Part shown: piece after piece, positions 63,801 to 64,000 of the stretch
Numbering within the stretch: the stretch's first letter is position 1
Layout: every line of letters starts with the position of its first letter
Assembly (NCBI GenBank): GCA_965178125.1
Contig: OZ237742.1
Coordinates: forward strand, 496,001-560,000
Origin: Bilabrum cf. latius
Taxonomy: Eukaryota
DNA: 64,000 bases
Direction: 5' to 3'
Position numbers and translations under genes: made by a program
Notes under the pieces: model-generated
Told to the model about the DNA's origin: nothing
What the model saw: only the letters and a program-made list of their open reading frames with translations
Databases searched by the model: none

Positions 63801-64000
63801 GATTCCGAATCGGTCGACGCGTCCTCACCACCATGCGATGCAGCTGCCGTCCCTGTGTGTCGCCTGCTGTTGGTCGCATGCAGTGGCATCCCCATCAGAT
63901 GCAGAGGGTCATTCTTGTCCCCCAAAGCGCCCACAATGCGGCGATCCGCATCCATGGCAGCATCCGCGGGTAGGCCGAGCGTGGTGCGCATCGATGCTGC
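60848..64000 (-). CDS. Hypothetical protein, 3' part (5' end beyond window)
   Basis: ORFs 63731..63991 and 61034..63211 are in one frame; the intervening and downstream sequence contains only TAG until TGA 60848-60850. Confidence 0.7.

Noticed and set aside
199-63973. Numerous antisense and off-frame ORFs in the track
   Set aside because: Shadow ORFs expected in high-GC coding DNA, overlapping better-supported genes.
1-64000. Mass pseudogenisation or sequencing error as the cause of the internal stops
   Set aside because: Interruptions are TAG only, with no frameshifts or internal TGA/TAA in the parts read; catalytic motifs are intact and the genes include housekeeping ones.
1-64000. Pyrrolysine or programmed leaky readthrough at UAG
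   Set aside because: TAG occurs many times per gene in varied contexts and at Gln columns; no common downstream signal was seen.

Overview
Gene-dense, GC-rich, intron-poor eukaryotic nuclear DNA, most likely a protist (lineage not determinable from this window). The supplied ORF track is fragmented because this genome does not use the standard code: in-frame TAG is a sense codon. It sits at conserved Gln positions in cullin-3, DPH3, a sulfatase, an aldo-keto reductase, mitoferrin and PFKFB, while genes end at TGA or TAA, and no in-frame TAA/TGA was seen in the joins read. Reading TAG=Gln rebuilds about 16 genes: an RGG-protein 3' end, an HSF-domain protein, cullin-3, an iduronate-sulfatase-like enzyme with a 7-nt microexon, DPH3, AP-2 sigma, a TALE homeodomain protein, mitoferrin, a nocturnin-like EEP enzyme, an AKR, a CBM48-fused PFK-2/FBPase-2, an apparently intronless ~6,365-aa MYCBP2/Highwire-type RING-Cys-relay E3 ligase, and several orphans. 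One orphan (~2,170 codons, 54-bp tandem array, ankyrin-like end) lies in a lower-GC ~8 kb segment bracketed by an inverted, diverged copy of the E3 ligase 3' end. Family calls come from motif recognition by eye, not from database searches.
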